Shown here: positions 21,182 to 30,243 of the stretch, one piece after another
How positions within the stretch are numbered: position 1 is the first letter of the stretch
Layout of the letters: each line of letters begins with the position of its first letter
From: Alphaproteobacteria bacterium
GTDB taxonomy: Bacteria > Pseudomonadota > Alphaproteobacteria > Micavibrionales > Micavibrionaceae
Length of the DNA stretch: 64,000 bases
Direction of reading: 5' to 3'
Assembly (NCBI GenBank): GCA_017999645.1
Contig: JAGNLJ010000007.1
Coordinates: 207 to 64,206, forward strand
Translations under genes and position numbers: made by a program
Notes under the pieces: model-generated
What the model saw: only the letters and a program-made list of their open reading frames with translations
Told to the model about the DNA's origin: nothing
Database searches by the model: none

Positions 21182-21979
21182 TTGTCAGACTCTCTCGCCG
21201 GGCTGGAAGCCCGTACTATTTACATTCTCCGCGAGGCATACAGGAGTGTGCGACCGCTGGGCATGCTCTGGTCGGTGGGGAAGGATTCCACCGCGCTTCT
21301 CTGGATGGTGCGCAAAAGCTTTTTCGGGCGTGTGCCCTTTCCCGTCATTCTTCTCGATACTGGCATGGAATTGCCGGAAGTTTATGAATTTCGCGACCGG
21401 CTGATCAAGGACTGGAAGCTGGAATGCATCAATCATCCGTGCCCACCGGAAGAAGAAATGGATCAAAGCCTGAAGCCGGCCACACGCAGTGCAGCGCGCA
21501 AGACAGAAGGCTTAAAGACGCTGCTGGAGCAGCATAAATTCAAAGGCCTTATCGTTGGCATCCGCCGCGACGAGCAGGGGTTGCGCGCCAAGGAGCGGGT
21601 GTTTTCGCCGCGCCGCGCCGACGGGTCGTGGGATTTCAAAAACCAGCCCGCCGAGTTGTGGGACCAGTATAATACTGCATTGCCGCCGGACACGCATATG
21701 CGCATTCACCCGATTCTGCACTGGGCCGAGATTGATATATGGCGATACACGCAGCAGGAAAATATCCCCTGCGTCCCGTTATATTTTTCACGGGAGGGAA
21801 AGCGTTACCGCTCGCTCGGCGAGAGCAATATCACCTTTCCGGTTGAGAGCCATGCCTCCAGCCTGGATGAAATTATCGCCGAACTGGAAACAACAAAAAT
21901 TTCCGAGCGCGCGGGCCGTGCCATGGACCGCGAAAGCGAAGACAGCTTCGAATTACTGCGCACGCGGGGGTACATGTGA
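21182..21979 (+). CDS. cysD: Sulfate adenylyltransferase subunit 2
   Basis: [15 protein letters not shown] is the PP-loop. CysD-like throughout. It overlaps the next gene by 4 nt. Confidence 0.9.
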   Translation: MSDSLAGLEARTIYILREAYRSVRPLGMLWSVGKDSTALLWMVRKSFFGRVPFPVILLDTGMELPEVYEFRDRLIKDWKLECINHPCPPEEEMDQSLKPATRSAARKTEGLKTLLEQHKFKGLIVGIRRDEQGLRAKERVFSPRRADGSWDFKNQPAELWDQYNTALPPDTHMRIHPILHWAEIDIWRYTQQENIPCVPLYFSREGKRYRSLGESNITFPVESHASSLDEIIAELETTKISERAGRAMDRESEDSFELLRTRGYM

Positions 21980-23712
21980 GCACCGCGTTGCGTGTCGTCA
22001 TGACCGGCGATGTCGATCATGGAAAATCCACCATCGCCGGGCGATTGCTGCATGATACAGGCTCGCTCACAGAAGGCCGGGTCGAGGAACTGAAGGAAAT
22101 ATGCGAGCGCCGGGGCGGTTTACAGGAATGGTCGTTCCTGCTGGACGCATTTCAGGCCGAGCGCGATCAGGCGATTACAATCGATACGGCGCAGGTGCGG
22201 TTCAGGACGGCGAAGCGCGGCTATGTTCTGATCGATGCGCCGGGACATCTGGAGTTTTTACGCAATATGTTTTCCGGCGCAGCCGAGGCTGATGCGGCTG
22301 TGCTCGTGATCGATGCGGAACGCGGGTTGCAGGAACAGACCATACGCCATGCGCAGGTTCTGTCGCTGGTTGGAATTTCGCAGGTGATTGTCGCGATCAA
22401 TAAAATGGATGCAGTGGCTTATGACCCGTATACTTTCGAAAAAATCACGGCAGAAATTTCAAAAATTCTGACACCTTTTGCTGTTATCCCGTTGTCTGCC
22501 CGCAATGGCGAGATGATCGTGGAACGCGGCGAAAATATGCCGTGGTACTCAGGCCAGACTTTAACAGGAGCATTCGACACACTGGCTATTCCAGAGGCGT
22601 TGACTGATGGACCATTGCGTTTCTCCGTACAGGATATTTACCGCGAGCGTGGCCAGCATATTTTTGTCGGCCGTGTGGAAAGCGGTATGCTGAAACGCGG
22701 AGATGAATTGCTGTTCGCGCCTTATGCGGAGGCAGCAAAGGTGGAATCCATTGCAGTCTGGCCGCATGATCCGGAAAAAATCGAGGCACAAGCCGGGGAG
22801 GCGGTCGGCATAACGCTGGATCGGCAGATTTTGGCCCGGCGCGGCGCGCTCGCCAGCCATGCGGATAATGCGCCCGCCATGTCGCATAGGCTTAAGACAA
22901 AAATATTCAGTCTGCGTAACAAGTCCCTGCTGCCTGGTGAAAGTTATATAGCAAGAACGGGAACGTCTTCTTTCAAGGTGAAAATTGCTTCAGTAGAACA
23001 GAATGAAGGTATGCTCTCCGAACTGACGCTCCTTACAGAAACACTTCAGCCCGTCGATCCCGGCAAGAAAATTGTTCTCTTTACTGATGCGGGCGCAGTC
23101 GGGGCAGGAGTAGTGCTCGGTGCAGGGAATTATTCAAGCCTCTCCGTTCCTGAAGGCTGCGTTTTTTGGCTCACCGGTCTTTCCGGCGCTGGCAAAACAA
23201 CCATCGCAAAAGGCGCTGAAAAGGTATTACGCAGCCGGGGGTACAAAGTCGAGATACTGGACGGCGACGAAATCCGCCGCACCATCAGCGCCGATCTGGG
23301 ATTTTCAGCAGAGGACAGGGAAGAGAACATCCGCCGCGCGGGCGATATTGCCGCCCGGATGGCCAATAAAGGTGCGATTGTCATTGCGGCCCTTATCTCG
23401 CCAAGCCGCAAGGGCCGAAAACAGGCACGAAAGGTTGCCAAAGGCCGCTTTCATGAGATCTACATCAGGGCCGACCTGGCGACCTGTGAAAAACGCGATC
23501 CGAAAGGACTTTACAAAAAAGCCCGGGCCGGGAAGATTACAGACTTCACCGGCATCGATTCCCTTTATGAGTTGCCGGAAAATCCCGACCTTGTGGTCGA
23601 TACGCAGAACGGCAATGTGGAGGAATGCGTGCACGCTGTCCTGCGTTTTATTGAAGAGCACGCCGCAATAAGCGAAGCCTCCGGGAAAGACAGGATTCTT
23701 GCCTTCAAGTGA
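21976..23712 (+). CDS. cysNC: Bifunctional sulfate adenylyltransferase subunit 1 / adenylylsulfate kinase (NodQ-type fusion)
   Basis: GTPase motifs [14 protein letters not shown] and NKMD. The C-terminal APS kinase has the P-loop GLSGAGKTT. Confidence 0.92.
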   Translation: MSTALRVVMTGDVDHGKSTIAGRLLHDTGSLTEGRVEELKEICERRGGLQEWSFLLDAFQAERDQAITIDTAQVRFRTAKRGYVLIDAPGHLEFLRNMFSGAAEADAAVLVIDAERGLQEQTIRHAQVLSLVGISQVIVAINKMDAVAYDPYTFEKITAEISKILTPFAVIPLSARNGEMIVERGENMPWYSGQTLTGAFDTLAIPEALTDGPLRFSVQDIYRERGQHIFVGRVESGMLKRGDELLFAPYAEAAKVESIAVWPHDPEKIEAQAGEAVGITLDRQILARRGALASHADNAPAMSHRLKTKIFSLRNKSLLPGESYIARTGTSSFKVKIASVEQNEGMLSELTLLTETLQPVDPGKKIVLFTDAGAVGAGVVLGAGNYSSLSVPEGCVFWLTGLSGAGKTTIAKGAEKVLRSRGYKVEILDGDEIRRTISADLGFSAEDREENIRRAGDIAARMANKGAIVIAALISPSRKGRKQARKVAKGRFHEIYIRADLATCEKRDPKGLYKKARAGKITDFTGIDSLYELPENPDLVVDTQNGNVEECVHAVLRFIEEHAAISEASGKDRILAFK

Positions 23713-24526
23713 ACAATTGCTGAAAAATCCGGGCGCGCTGTGCAACATGGTGCGGCGCATCGCTGTCGCCGCCGGGCAGATCACGCTCAATTATTTCGAC
23801 ATGCTGGAATTGCCCTCGATTGGTGAAAAGAGCGACGGATCGCCTGTCACAACCGCCGACCGGGAATCTGAAAAATTTATTACCAGCAGCCTGCGTGATC
23901 TGATGCCTGATGTTCCCGTTATCGCGGAGGAGGAAACCGCAGGCGGGCTGGCGCAGGATTTGTCGGCGCATGAATATTTCTGGCTGGTGGATCCGCTGGA
24001 CGCGACGAAGGAATTTATGGCGGGCGGTGAAAATTACACGGTGAATATCGGTCTTGTGAAAAAAGACACGCCGGTGATGGGCGTAGTCTATGCCCCGGCG
24101 CTCGGTGTTTTATATGCGGGATATGGTGAGACGGCTTTGCGCTGGAGCGAGGAGACAGGCAAAGATAAAAAGATCAATGTGCGCCGCGCGCCTGCTGGCG
24201 GCCTAACGGTGATGTCGAGCCTTTATCATGCCGACGACGCGGCGATGGATAAATTTCTTTCTGCCTTCAAGGTGGAGAAGATTTTAAAACGCGCCAGTGC
24301 GCTCAAGATATGCGCAATAGCTGAAGGAAAAGCCGATCTTTATCCGCGCCTCGGACCGACATCGGAATGGGACACGGCGGGAGCCGAAGCGATTTTGCGT
24401 GCGGCGGGCGGCACGCTGACGGATTTACAAGGCAAAAACCTGGTTTATGGCAGCGCGGACAGGAAATTCGCCAATCCGCATTTCGCTGCCGCGTCTTTTT
24501 CCTGGTTCGAAGAAGAAGTGACCTAG
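23699..24526 (+). CDS. cysQ: 3'(2'),5'-bisphosphate nucleotidase
   Basis: IMPase-family motifs [12 protein letters not shown] and [10 protein letters not shown]. An alternative ATG start is at 23747. Confidence 0.85.
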   Translation: MPSSEQLLKNPGALCNMVRRIAVAAGQITLNYFDMLELPSIGEKSDGSPVTTADRESEKFITSSLRDLMPDVPVIAEEETAGGLAQDLSAHEYFWLVDPLDATKEFMAGGENYTVNIGLVKKDTPVMGVVYAPALGVLYAGYGETALRWSEETGKDKKINVRRAPAGGLTVMSSLYHADDAAMDKFLSAFKVEKILKRASALKICAIAEGKADLYPRLGPTSEWDTAGAEAILRAAGGTLTDLQGKNLVYGSADRKFANPHFAAASFSWFEEEVT

Positions 24527-25113
24527 ATCATCTCCAATTTTGCAATAACGCGACCGATCACGAGGAAATCGCCCGGTTTGAGAGTTTGCGGCTGAAAACG
24601 GTTTTTCCGCGCTGAGATCCTGATTTCAGTTTCACCGGATTTCGGCGTGTATTCGCAATAGCGCAGCATGTTGCTAAAGCCGTCTGAAATGATAAAGGCA
24701 CCGGGCGGCGAAGGTTTGCGGTCCGAGATATCAACGAGGACATGTTCGCCGCGTTTGAATTCCGGCTCCATGAAGCTTTCACGAACCTGGAAAACACGGT
24801 TCGTCTTGTTTGGTCCCGCTTGGGAAGAAATGACTGACGGGATCGCCCATTCAGCTGGCGGCGGCGACCCGTCATCGAACCCGTCCCGCCCATCATGCGC
24901 CTTGACGGTGTAGGTTTTGCGCGTTGCACCGTAGCCGTCGACAGGCAGGCCGAAATATTCCCGCATCTGGAGATATTCCTGCGCTTTGATCTGACGTGTG
25001 CCGTTGAGAATTTTGCTGATCGCGGGCGGCTCCAGCCCGATCGCAGCAGCCAGTCCGGCTTTTGACTTATCGGGATTGCTCGCGAACTGGGTCTTAAGCC
25101 ATTGGGAATCCAT
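24523..25113 (-). CDS. CI/LexA-like repressor (HTH plus S24 peptidase-like domain, catalytic Ser apparently replaced)
   Basis: N-terminal HTH (AGLAAAIGLEPPAISKILNG). The C-terminal ESFMEPEFKRGEHVLVD aligns with the canonical GDSMEP...GD..LVD, placing Phe at the Ser position. The Lys in IGRVIAKL is retained. Confidence 0.7.
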   Translation of the reverse strand: MDSQWLKTQFASNPDKSKAGLAAAIGLEPPAISKILNGTRQIKAQEYLQMREYFGLPVDGYGATRKTYTVKAHDGRDGFDDGSPPPAEWAIPSVISSQAGPNKTNRVFQVRESFMEPEFKRGEHVLVDISDRKPSPPGAFIISDGFSNMLRYCEYTPKSGETEIRISARKNRFQPQTLKPGDFLVIGRVIAKLEMI

Positions 25114-25128
25114 GACGGAAATATGTCA

Positions 25129-25232
25129 TGACTTAAAGTCCTAAAAAATTTCTATTTTAGAAATTATGGGTTGAAAATTGCCAAAAAGGAAAGTAATATA
25201 CAACCCATGATGTTAAAAAGAGGCTTAAGTCA
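25129..25232. promoter_or_regulatory. Divergent promoter/operator region with three nested inverted repeats
   Basis: TGACTTAA (25129-36) pairs with TTAAGTCA (25225-32). AATTTCTA-TTT-TAGAAATT lies at 25147-65. ATGGGTTG (25166-73) pairs with CAACCCAT (25201-08). Confidence 0.45.
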
Positions 25233-25586
25233 TTGATTTCAATATCTTCAAAAAGAGTGCCGCCCGAGGCACGTTTGATTGGTCGGAATTTCCGTACATT
25301 AAGGGAGCAGGCCGGTCTGACCCAGAAGGAGATCGCTCACAGGCTGGGCGTGAGCTTCCAGCAAATCCAGAAATATGAGCGCGGGGAAAACCGCCTGCCG
25401 GTCGACCGGCTGCACGCCCTTAAAAATATTCTGGGCGTTTCCTATCATGCGTTTTTTAAGGGAATGGATAAGGAGGATAATCCGGATAAATCCTGGCCGG
25501 AAAAACTATATCAACTTCTGACCGATATTGAAAATCCAGTCCTGCAGAATAAAATCGAGCGGGTGATCGCGATTATGGCGGAGTGA
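25233..25586 (+). CDS. XRE-family HTH regulator (Cro-like position)
   Basis: LREQAGLTQKEIAHRLGVSFQQIQKYERGEN is the XRE HTH. It is divergent from the CI-like gene. Confidence 0.75.
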   Translation: MISISSKRVPPEARLIGRNFRTLREQAGLTQKEIAHRLGVSFQQIQKYERGENRLPVDRLHALKNILGVSYHAFFKGMDKEDNPDKSWPEKLYQLLTDIENPVLQNKIERVIAIMAE

Positions 25587-26445
25587 CGAGGTTCTTATAA
25601 AGATCGGTGCGGCGATCGCGGAAGAAGCCCCACATCGGACGCTCGGCGTTGATCGCATCAAGGTCGAACGTGTGAACGAGCACGGCGTCTTTATCGCGTG
25701 AGCCTTCCTGCACAAGATCGCCCGAGGGCGCGGCGATGAATGACTTACCGTAGTAGCCTTGGTCGTTCCCGGGGTTTGCCGGGTTCTTCTCGACGCCGAT
25801 GCGGTTCGCGGCGACGACGGGCACGAAGTTGGAAACAGCGTGGCCCTGCATGGCGCGTTGCCATGACAACGCCGTGTCGAGGCCGGGCGTTGAAGGCTCG
25901 AAGCCGATAGCGGTTGGATAGAACAGGATTTCCGCGCCCTGCAGCACCATGCTGCGCGCGACTTCCGGGTACCACTGGTCCCAGCAGATGCCGACGCCGA
26001 TGCGCCCGAACTTCGTGTCCCAGACCTTGAAGCCGAGGTCACCGGGGCGGAAATAGTATTTCTCGCTGTAACCCGGACCGTCGGGAATATGTGTCTTGCG
26101 GTAGATGCCCAGAATCGTGCCTGTGTCATCGACGACGGCGACGCTGTTGTAATAATGCGCACCGGCTTTCTCAAAAAACGAAACCGGAATGACGATTTTT
26201 AGTTCTTTCGCGAGCTTCTGCATAGCGAGTACGGCAGGGTGTTCCTCAGCCGGAAAGGCCTCTTTGAACCAGCGCGGGTCCTGCGACGTGCAGAAATAAA
26301 TATTCTGGAAGAGTTCGGACGGCAGGACGATCTGCGCGCCTTTTTTGGCGGCGTCGCGCACGTAAGCAACCGTCTTCTCGATATTCTGATTCATATCGAG
26401 TCCGTACGATGTCTGGATCGCGGCGACTGTGGCGTTGCGGGTCAT
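25573..26445 (-). CDS. aguB: N-carbamoylputrescine amidase
   Basis: Nitrilase-superfamily CN-hydrolase with an E-K-C triad context (VLPSELF, YRKTHIP, GVGICWDQW). The ATG at 26445 overlaps the aguA stop (ATGA). Confidence 0.88.
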   Translation of the reverse strand: MTRNATVAAIQTSYGLDMNQNIEKTVAYVRDAAKKGAQIVLPSELFQNIYFCTSQDPRWFKEAFPAEEHPAVLAMQKLAKELKIVIPVSFFEKAGAHYYNSVAVVDDTGTILGIYRKTHIPDGPGYSEKYYFRPGDLGFKVWDTKFGRIGVGICWDQWYPEVARSMVLQGAEILFYPTAIGFEPSTPGLDTALSWQRAMQGHAVSNFVPVVAANRIGVEKNPANPGNDQGYYGKSFIAAPSGDLVQEGSRDKDAVLVHTFDLDAINAERPMWGFFRDRRTDLYKNLVTPP

Positions 26446-27473
26446 TCTGCTGGCTCCTGCTGCGTCATACAATGGAAGGAGCCGCCGCCATTCGTCAAGA
26501 TCGACGTGGATTTAAGCCCTTTCACTTTATGGCCGGGGAACAGTTTCTGGATCGCGGCAACGGCAGAATCAGCAGATTCTGTGCCATAGGTCGGCACGGC
26601 GATAGCGTTATTGCCGATGATGAAATTCATGTGGCTGGCGGCCATCGGTTCGTCTTCGTATCCCGTGACAAGGCCGGGCGAGGGCGCAAGCGCGACTTCA
26701 ATTTTCTTGCCGTTGGCGGCAGTCATTTTCTCTAAGTCAGCAGCGATTTTTTTCAGGACTTTTTCGTTCGGATCGTTCTTCACGGGTGACTGGCACAGAA
26801 CTTTGTTCGGACCGATGAAACGCGCGATATTGTCGATGTGGCCGTCGGTGTGGTCGTTGAGGAGGCCATCGTCGAGCCACAGGATTTTACCCGCGCCGAA
26901 GGCTTCTCTCAGAATGTCTTCGATCTGTTCCTGCGATTTGCCCGGGTTGCGGTTCGGGTTCAGCAGGCATTCTTTTGTTGTCAGGATTGTGCCTTCGCCG
27001 TCATTTTCCAGCGAGCCGCCTTCAAGCACGAGGTCAAAGGCCTTGATCGGCGAGCCTGATTTTTTCGCGATGAAATCCCCGATGACGCGATCGGCGGGGT
27101 AATCGTATTTTCCACCCCAGCCATTCACTTTAAAACGCAGCGCCGTATGCGCGCCGTTCACTGTTCCCCATATCGGGCCGGTATCGCGCAGCCAGATATC
27201 GCCGAATTCCGCAGGAACGACCTCGGTGTTTTTGCCGAGCAGCTTTTTGGCAGAAGCCACGGCCTCATCGCCGCAGGCCAGCATGTAAACCTTCTCGCCT
27301 TCGGCGATCAGGTTTGTCATCGCGGCAGCTTCTTCCTGCGCAGGCGCAAGATCCTCGAGCCATAATTCAGGGTTGGAGGGAAACGCAATCCACATAGCCT
27401 TGTGCGGCGCCCATTCAGGTTGAACGGTCACGGCACTTTGCGTTTTTTTCTGCGGTTGTGCGGTCATTTTCAT
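26442..27473 (-). CDS. aguA: Agmatine deiminase
   Basis: PEWAPHKAMWIAFP, WLRDTGPIW, DGHIDN and the C-terminal GGGSFHCMTQQ are the agmatine deiminase signature. The start is uncertain (27467, 27473 or 27482). Confidence 0.88.
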   Translation of the reverse strand: MKMTAQPQKKTQSAVTVQPEWAPHKAMWIAFPSNPELWLEDLAPAQEEAAAMTNLIAEGEKVYMLACGDEAVASAKKLLGKNTEVVPAEFGDIWLRDTGPIWGTVNGAHTALRFKVNGWGGKYDYPADRVIGDFIAKKSGSPIKAFDLVLEGGSLENDGEGTILTTKECLLNPNRNPGKSQEQIEDILREAFGAGKILWLDDGLLNDHTDGHIDNIARFIGPNKVLCQSPVKNDPNEKVLKKIAADLEKMTAANGKKIEVALAPSPGLVTGYEDEPMAASHMNFIIGNNAIAVPTYGTESADSAVAAIQKLFPGHKVKGLKSTSILTNGGGSFHCMTQQEPAE

Positions 27474-27489
27474 GTCTTCCAAAAAGTCA

Positions 27490-27507
27490 CCCCCGCAAAA
27501 GCGGGGG
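27490..27507 (-). other. Intercistronic GC hairpin between the DHS-like gene and aguA
   Basis: CCCCCGC-AAAA-GCGGGGG. On the mRNA strand it is followed by TGACTTTTT, so it may be a partial terminator or stabiliser. Confidence 0.5.
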
Positions 27508-27537
27508 CTTTGTAATATTTATATGCGGTTTGAACGA

Positions 27538-28587
27538 TTAATCAAACTGCTTCGCCAGTTCCCATTTCCTGCGCTTTTTGTGTGCGCCGTCATGGTAGGC
27601 GGCAGAGGCCAGCAGGGGCAGAACGCTGCCCGCTTCGGCGAAGACCATCTGTTCGTAGGCGACATCAACCTTGCCCCACGAGCATGCTTCCTTCAGCGTC
27701 GAGGAGGAGCAGGCGCCGTCGCGCACGTCGGCTACCGTGATCTGCACGGCGTATTTGTGCATCTCTGCGTGTTTGCCCAAAATTTCGGCGCAGACGACAG
27801 TGTCCTGCACGAAGTTTTTCGGCACCCCGCCGCCGATCATGAGAAGACCAGAGGTGCCCGCGTGGATTTTGAGGTCCGTCAGTTCGCGGAAGTCGGCGAT
27901 GGAGTCTAAAACCATGTGCTTCTTCGGATTATCGACCTGGTGCTTCACGAGGCCGAAACCGGCGGACGAGTCGGTGAAAGCCGGGCAGAAGATCGGCACG
28001 TTTTTCTCGTAGGCGAGCTTCACGAGGCTGTTCTTTTTCTTGCCGTGTTTGACGAGGTACTTGCCCATCTCCTTGATGAACTCGCGAGATGAGTAGGCGC
28101 GCGGCTCGAGGGAGTTGGCGATCTCAAGAATCGTCGCGTCGCAGGCCTGCAGATCTTCCTCATCGATATAGGTATCGTAAATGCGGTCGATATAAAGGTC
28201 GCGCAGTTCGCGGTCATCGACGGTTCCTGCGGCCTGGTAGTGCTTGAAGCCAAGGCCTTCGAAAAAGTCCATGTCGACGATGGATGCGCCCGTGGCGACG
28301 ATGCCGTCGATCATGTTGTTTTCCAGCATGGCGGCGTAAGCGTCCATGCAGCCGCCAGCGGACGTCGAGCCCGCCAGCGTCAGGAAAATCGCGCAGTCTT
28401 TATCATTGAGCATCATGTTGTAGATTTCGGTTGCACGCGCGAGGTCGCGGGACGTGAACGACATCTTGCCCATGGACTCGATAATCGGACGCGCATCGAA
28501 CGATGTGATGTCGATGTGCTCAACGACGTTTTGCAGCAGCTCCGCCTTGCGGTTGCTGGTGGATTTCTTCGGGGTTGAATTAGACAT
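27538..28587 (-). CDS. Deoxyhypusine synthase-family protein (bacterial DHS-like, possible homospermidine-type synthase)
   Basis: FLTLAGSTSAGGCMDAYAAMLENNMIDGIVATGASIVD and GGGVPKNF are DHS-fold motifs. Confidence 0.8.
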   Translation of the reverse strand: MSNSTPKKSTSNRKAELLQNVVEHIDITSFDARPIIESMGKMSFTSRDLARATEIYNMMLNDKDCAIFLTLAGSTSAGGCMDAYAAMLENNMIDGIVATGASIVDMDFFEGLGFKHYQAAGTVDDRELRDLYIDRIYDTYIDEEDLQACDATILEIANSLEPRAYSSREFIKEMGKYLVKHGKKKNSLVKLAYEKNVPIFCPAFTDSSAGFGLVKHQVDNPKKHMVLDSIADFRELTDLKIHAGTSGLLMIGGGVPKNFVQDTVVCAEILGKHAEMHKYAVQITVADVRDGACSSSTLKEACSWGKVDVAYEQMVFAEAGSVLPLLASAAYHDGAHKKRRKWELAKQFD

Positions 28588-29797
28588 TCTTTACAGCTCT
28601 CTTTTTAGCAGCGGGCATCATGCCCGGGCTGTAAAGACATAGCGCGTCCGAGCCGCCAAATCCATTAAAATTCGTGCGGAGGGAACGGCTGTAGGAGCCC
28701 AGATTTCCGATCTCGATCCAGTCGCCCATGTCGATATCGGCGGGCAGCATGAACGGGCCTTCCATGACGTCCAGCGCATCGCAGGTGGGGCCTGCGAAAC
28801 GGAACGCCGATTCAGGCTGTTCGAAGGCACCGTCAACGCGGTAGGCGCGGGCCGGGAACTTCGTCTTCAGGAGCGGACCGGCGTCAAACATGCCGCCATA
28901 GGTGCCGTCATTGATGTACAGCGTGTTGTCCTTGCGGAGTTCGACGCGCACGATCAGGGAGCCGGATTCGGCCACCAGCACACGGCCGGGTTCGGCCAGC
29001 AGGGGCATATTTTCAAGGCGGTTTTTGACCAGCGCGCCTTTCAGGGCATGAACGCAGGCCTCAACGGACGGGACGCTTTCGTCATAGCGGACGGGGAAGC
29101 CGCCGCCGACATCGAGTACGTCAACCGTAATGCCGGATTTCTTAATGACGGCAGCCGCCTTGTCGACGCCGCGTGCGTAGGCGGCCGGGTCGGTGGTCTG
29201 GGTGCCGACATGGAAGCACAGGCCGAGGCGCTGGGCGACCGGGCGGGAGGATTTCAGGAGTTTCACCGCTTCATCGGGGTTCGCGCCGAATTTCGACGAG
29301 AAGTCGATCGAGGCTTTGCCGTTGCGCGGCAGGGCGAGGCGGACGAACAGGTTCAGGTCCGAGGCGAGGTCGGTCTCGCGGACGATCTTGAACAGCTCGT
29401 CTTCCGAATCGAGCACGAAGTCGCGCACGCCGTAAACCGTGTAGGCTTCGCGGATGGCTTCAGGCGATTTGACCGGGTGCATGAAGTAGATGCGGGCTTT
29501 CTTCGCGTTCTTGCGGACAAGGCGCACTTCCTCGATAGAGGCCGCGTCAAAGCTTCTGACGCCCGCCTGGTACAGCGTGCGCAGGACATTTTCATCCGGG
29601 TTGGTTTTGACCGCGTACATGGTCTCGCCGGGGAAAGTCTGGACGAACGCTTTCGCTGTCGCAGCAATCTTCTCGGGCCACAGGACATAGAGGGGACGCG
29701 CCGGGCGGCGGGCGGCAATCAGCTCCTCGACGGAAGTGTAGCCTTCCTCGATCTCTGTCCGCATGGCGGGATTGTTCATAGAATAAAGTTTAGTCAT
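28580..29797 (-). CDS. Alanine-racemase-fold PLP-dependent ornithine/lysine/arginine decarboxylase
   Basis: YAVKTNPD carries the PLP Lys. Also present are FHVGTQ, DVGGGFP and the C-terminal GPTCDALD. 405 aa. Confidence 0.85.
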   Translation of the reverse strand: MTKLYSMNNPAMRTEIEEGYTSVEELIAARRPARPLYVLWPEKIAATAKAFVQTFPGETMYAVKTNPDENVLRTLYQAGVRSFDAASIEEVRLVRKNAKKARIYFMHPVKSPEAIREAYTVYGVRDFVLDSEDELFKIVRETDLASDLNLFVRLALPRNGKASIDFSSKFGANPDEAVKLLKSSRPVAQRLGLCFHVGTQTTDPAAYARGVDKAAAVIKKSGITVDVLDVGGGFPVRYDESVPSVEACVHALKGALVKNRLENMPLLAEPGRVLVAESGSLIVRVELRKDNTLYINDGTYGGMFDAGPLLKTKFPARAYRVDGAFEQPESAFRFAGPTCDALDVMEGPFMLPADIDMGDWIEIGNLGSYSRSLRTNFNGFGGSDALCLYSPGMMPAAKKRAVKNV

Positions 29798-30103
29798 CTC
29801 GTTAGTCCTTCAAATCTCAAATTTTGGAAATAATGGTCGTGTACCGGGCTGTCGCTAGCCCAATAGGGGGTCACCCGCTCCTTTGCGAAGGGAGCAGGGA
29901 GCCAGGGTTACCGGATGATTTCCAGTACGAAGGTCTTCTGAGATGGAATGGGGGATACTAAGCGGCCCCGCTTCTCTGCAAATCTCATCGTAAACTCTTT
30001 CAAAGCTTTGGGGCTTTCTCTTCACCCCAGGTTCAAAAATGTCTACGCCGTTGCATAACCATGCCTAGTTCAAGACTAGAGGGGGCCATCGGCACGTGCG
30101 TCT
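29798..30103 (-). ncRNA. Long GC-rich structured 5' leader of the decarboxylase operon (candidate speF-type cis-regulatory RNA)
   Basis: About 300 nt lack any long ORF. Stems seen on the mRNA strand include CCTGCTCC-CTTCGCAAA-GGAGCGGG and GGGCT-AGCGAC-AGCCC. A possible extended -10, TGTTATATT, lies at 30110-30118. Family assignment is not verified. Confidence 0.4.
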
Positions 30104-30243
30104 GCTTTTAATATAACATTTTTTCACGAAAGCAATAAAAATATTTTAGGTTTTCCGCGAAAAATTTGCGGCGCCTCTTAAGGAACTTTTAAGGTCGCCG
30201 GGGCCGGGTTGAAATCTACCCGGGAGAGGCCTATAGAACAGGT

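Noticed and set aside
24523-25586. A prophage or mobile element around the CI/Cro-like pair.
   Set aside because: I found no integrase, excisionase, structural genes, tRNA target or flanking direct repeats, and the neighbours are housekeeping operons.
25506-30000. Alternate-frame and antisense ORFs in the polyamine operon (25506-26174, 26611-27102, 27472-27909, 29048-29833, 29353-29718).
   Set aside because: They overlap enzymes with clear catalytic motifs, and their compositions are Arg/Ser/Pro-biased.
29830-30100. A stand-alone ncRNA gene (tmRNA, RNase P RNA, SRP RNA or 6S) in the structured intergenic region.
   Set aside because: I saw none of the hallmark sequences: no tRNA-like acceptor/T-arm ending in CCA, no GAGGAAAGUCC P4 motif and no SRP GGAA tetraloop helix. 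Position and orientation fit a 5' leader of the decarboxylase operon.
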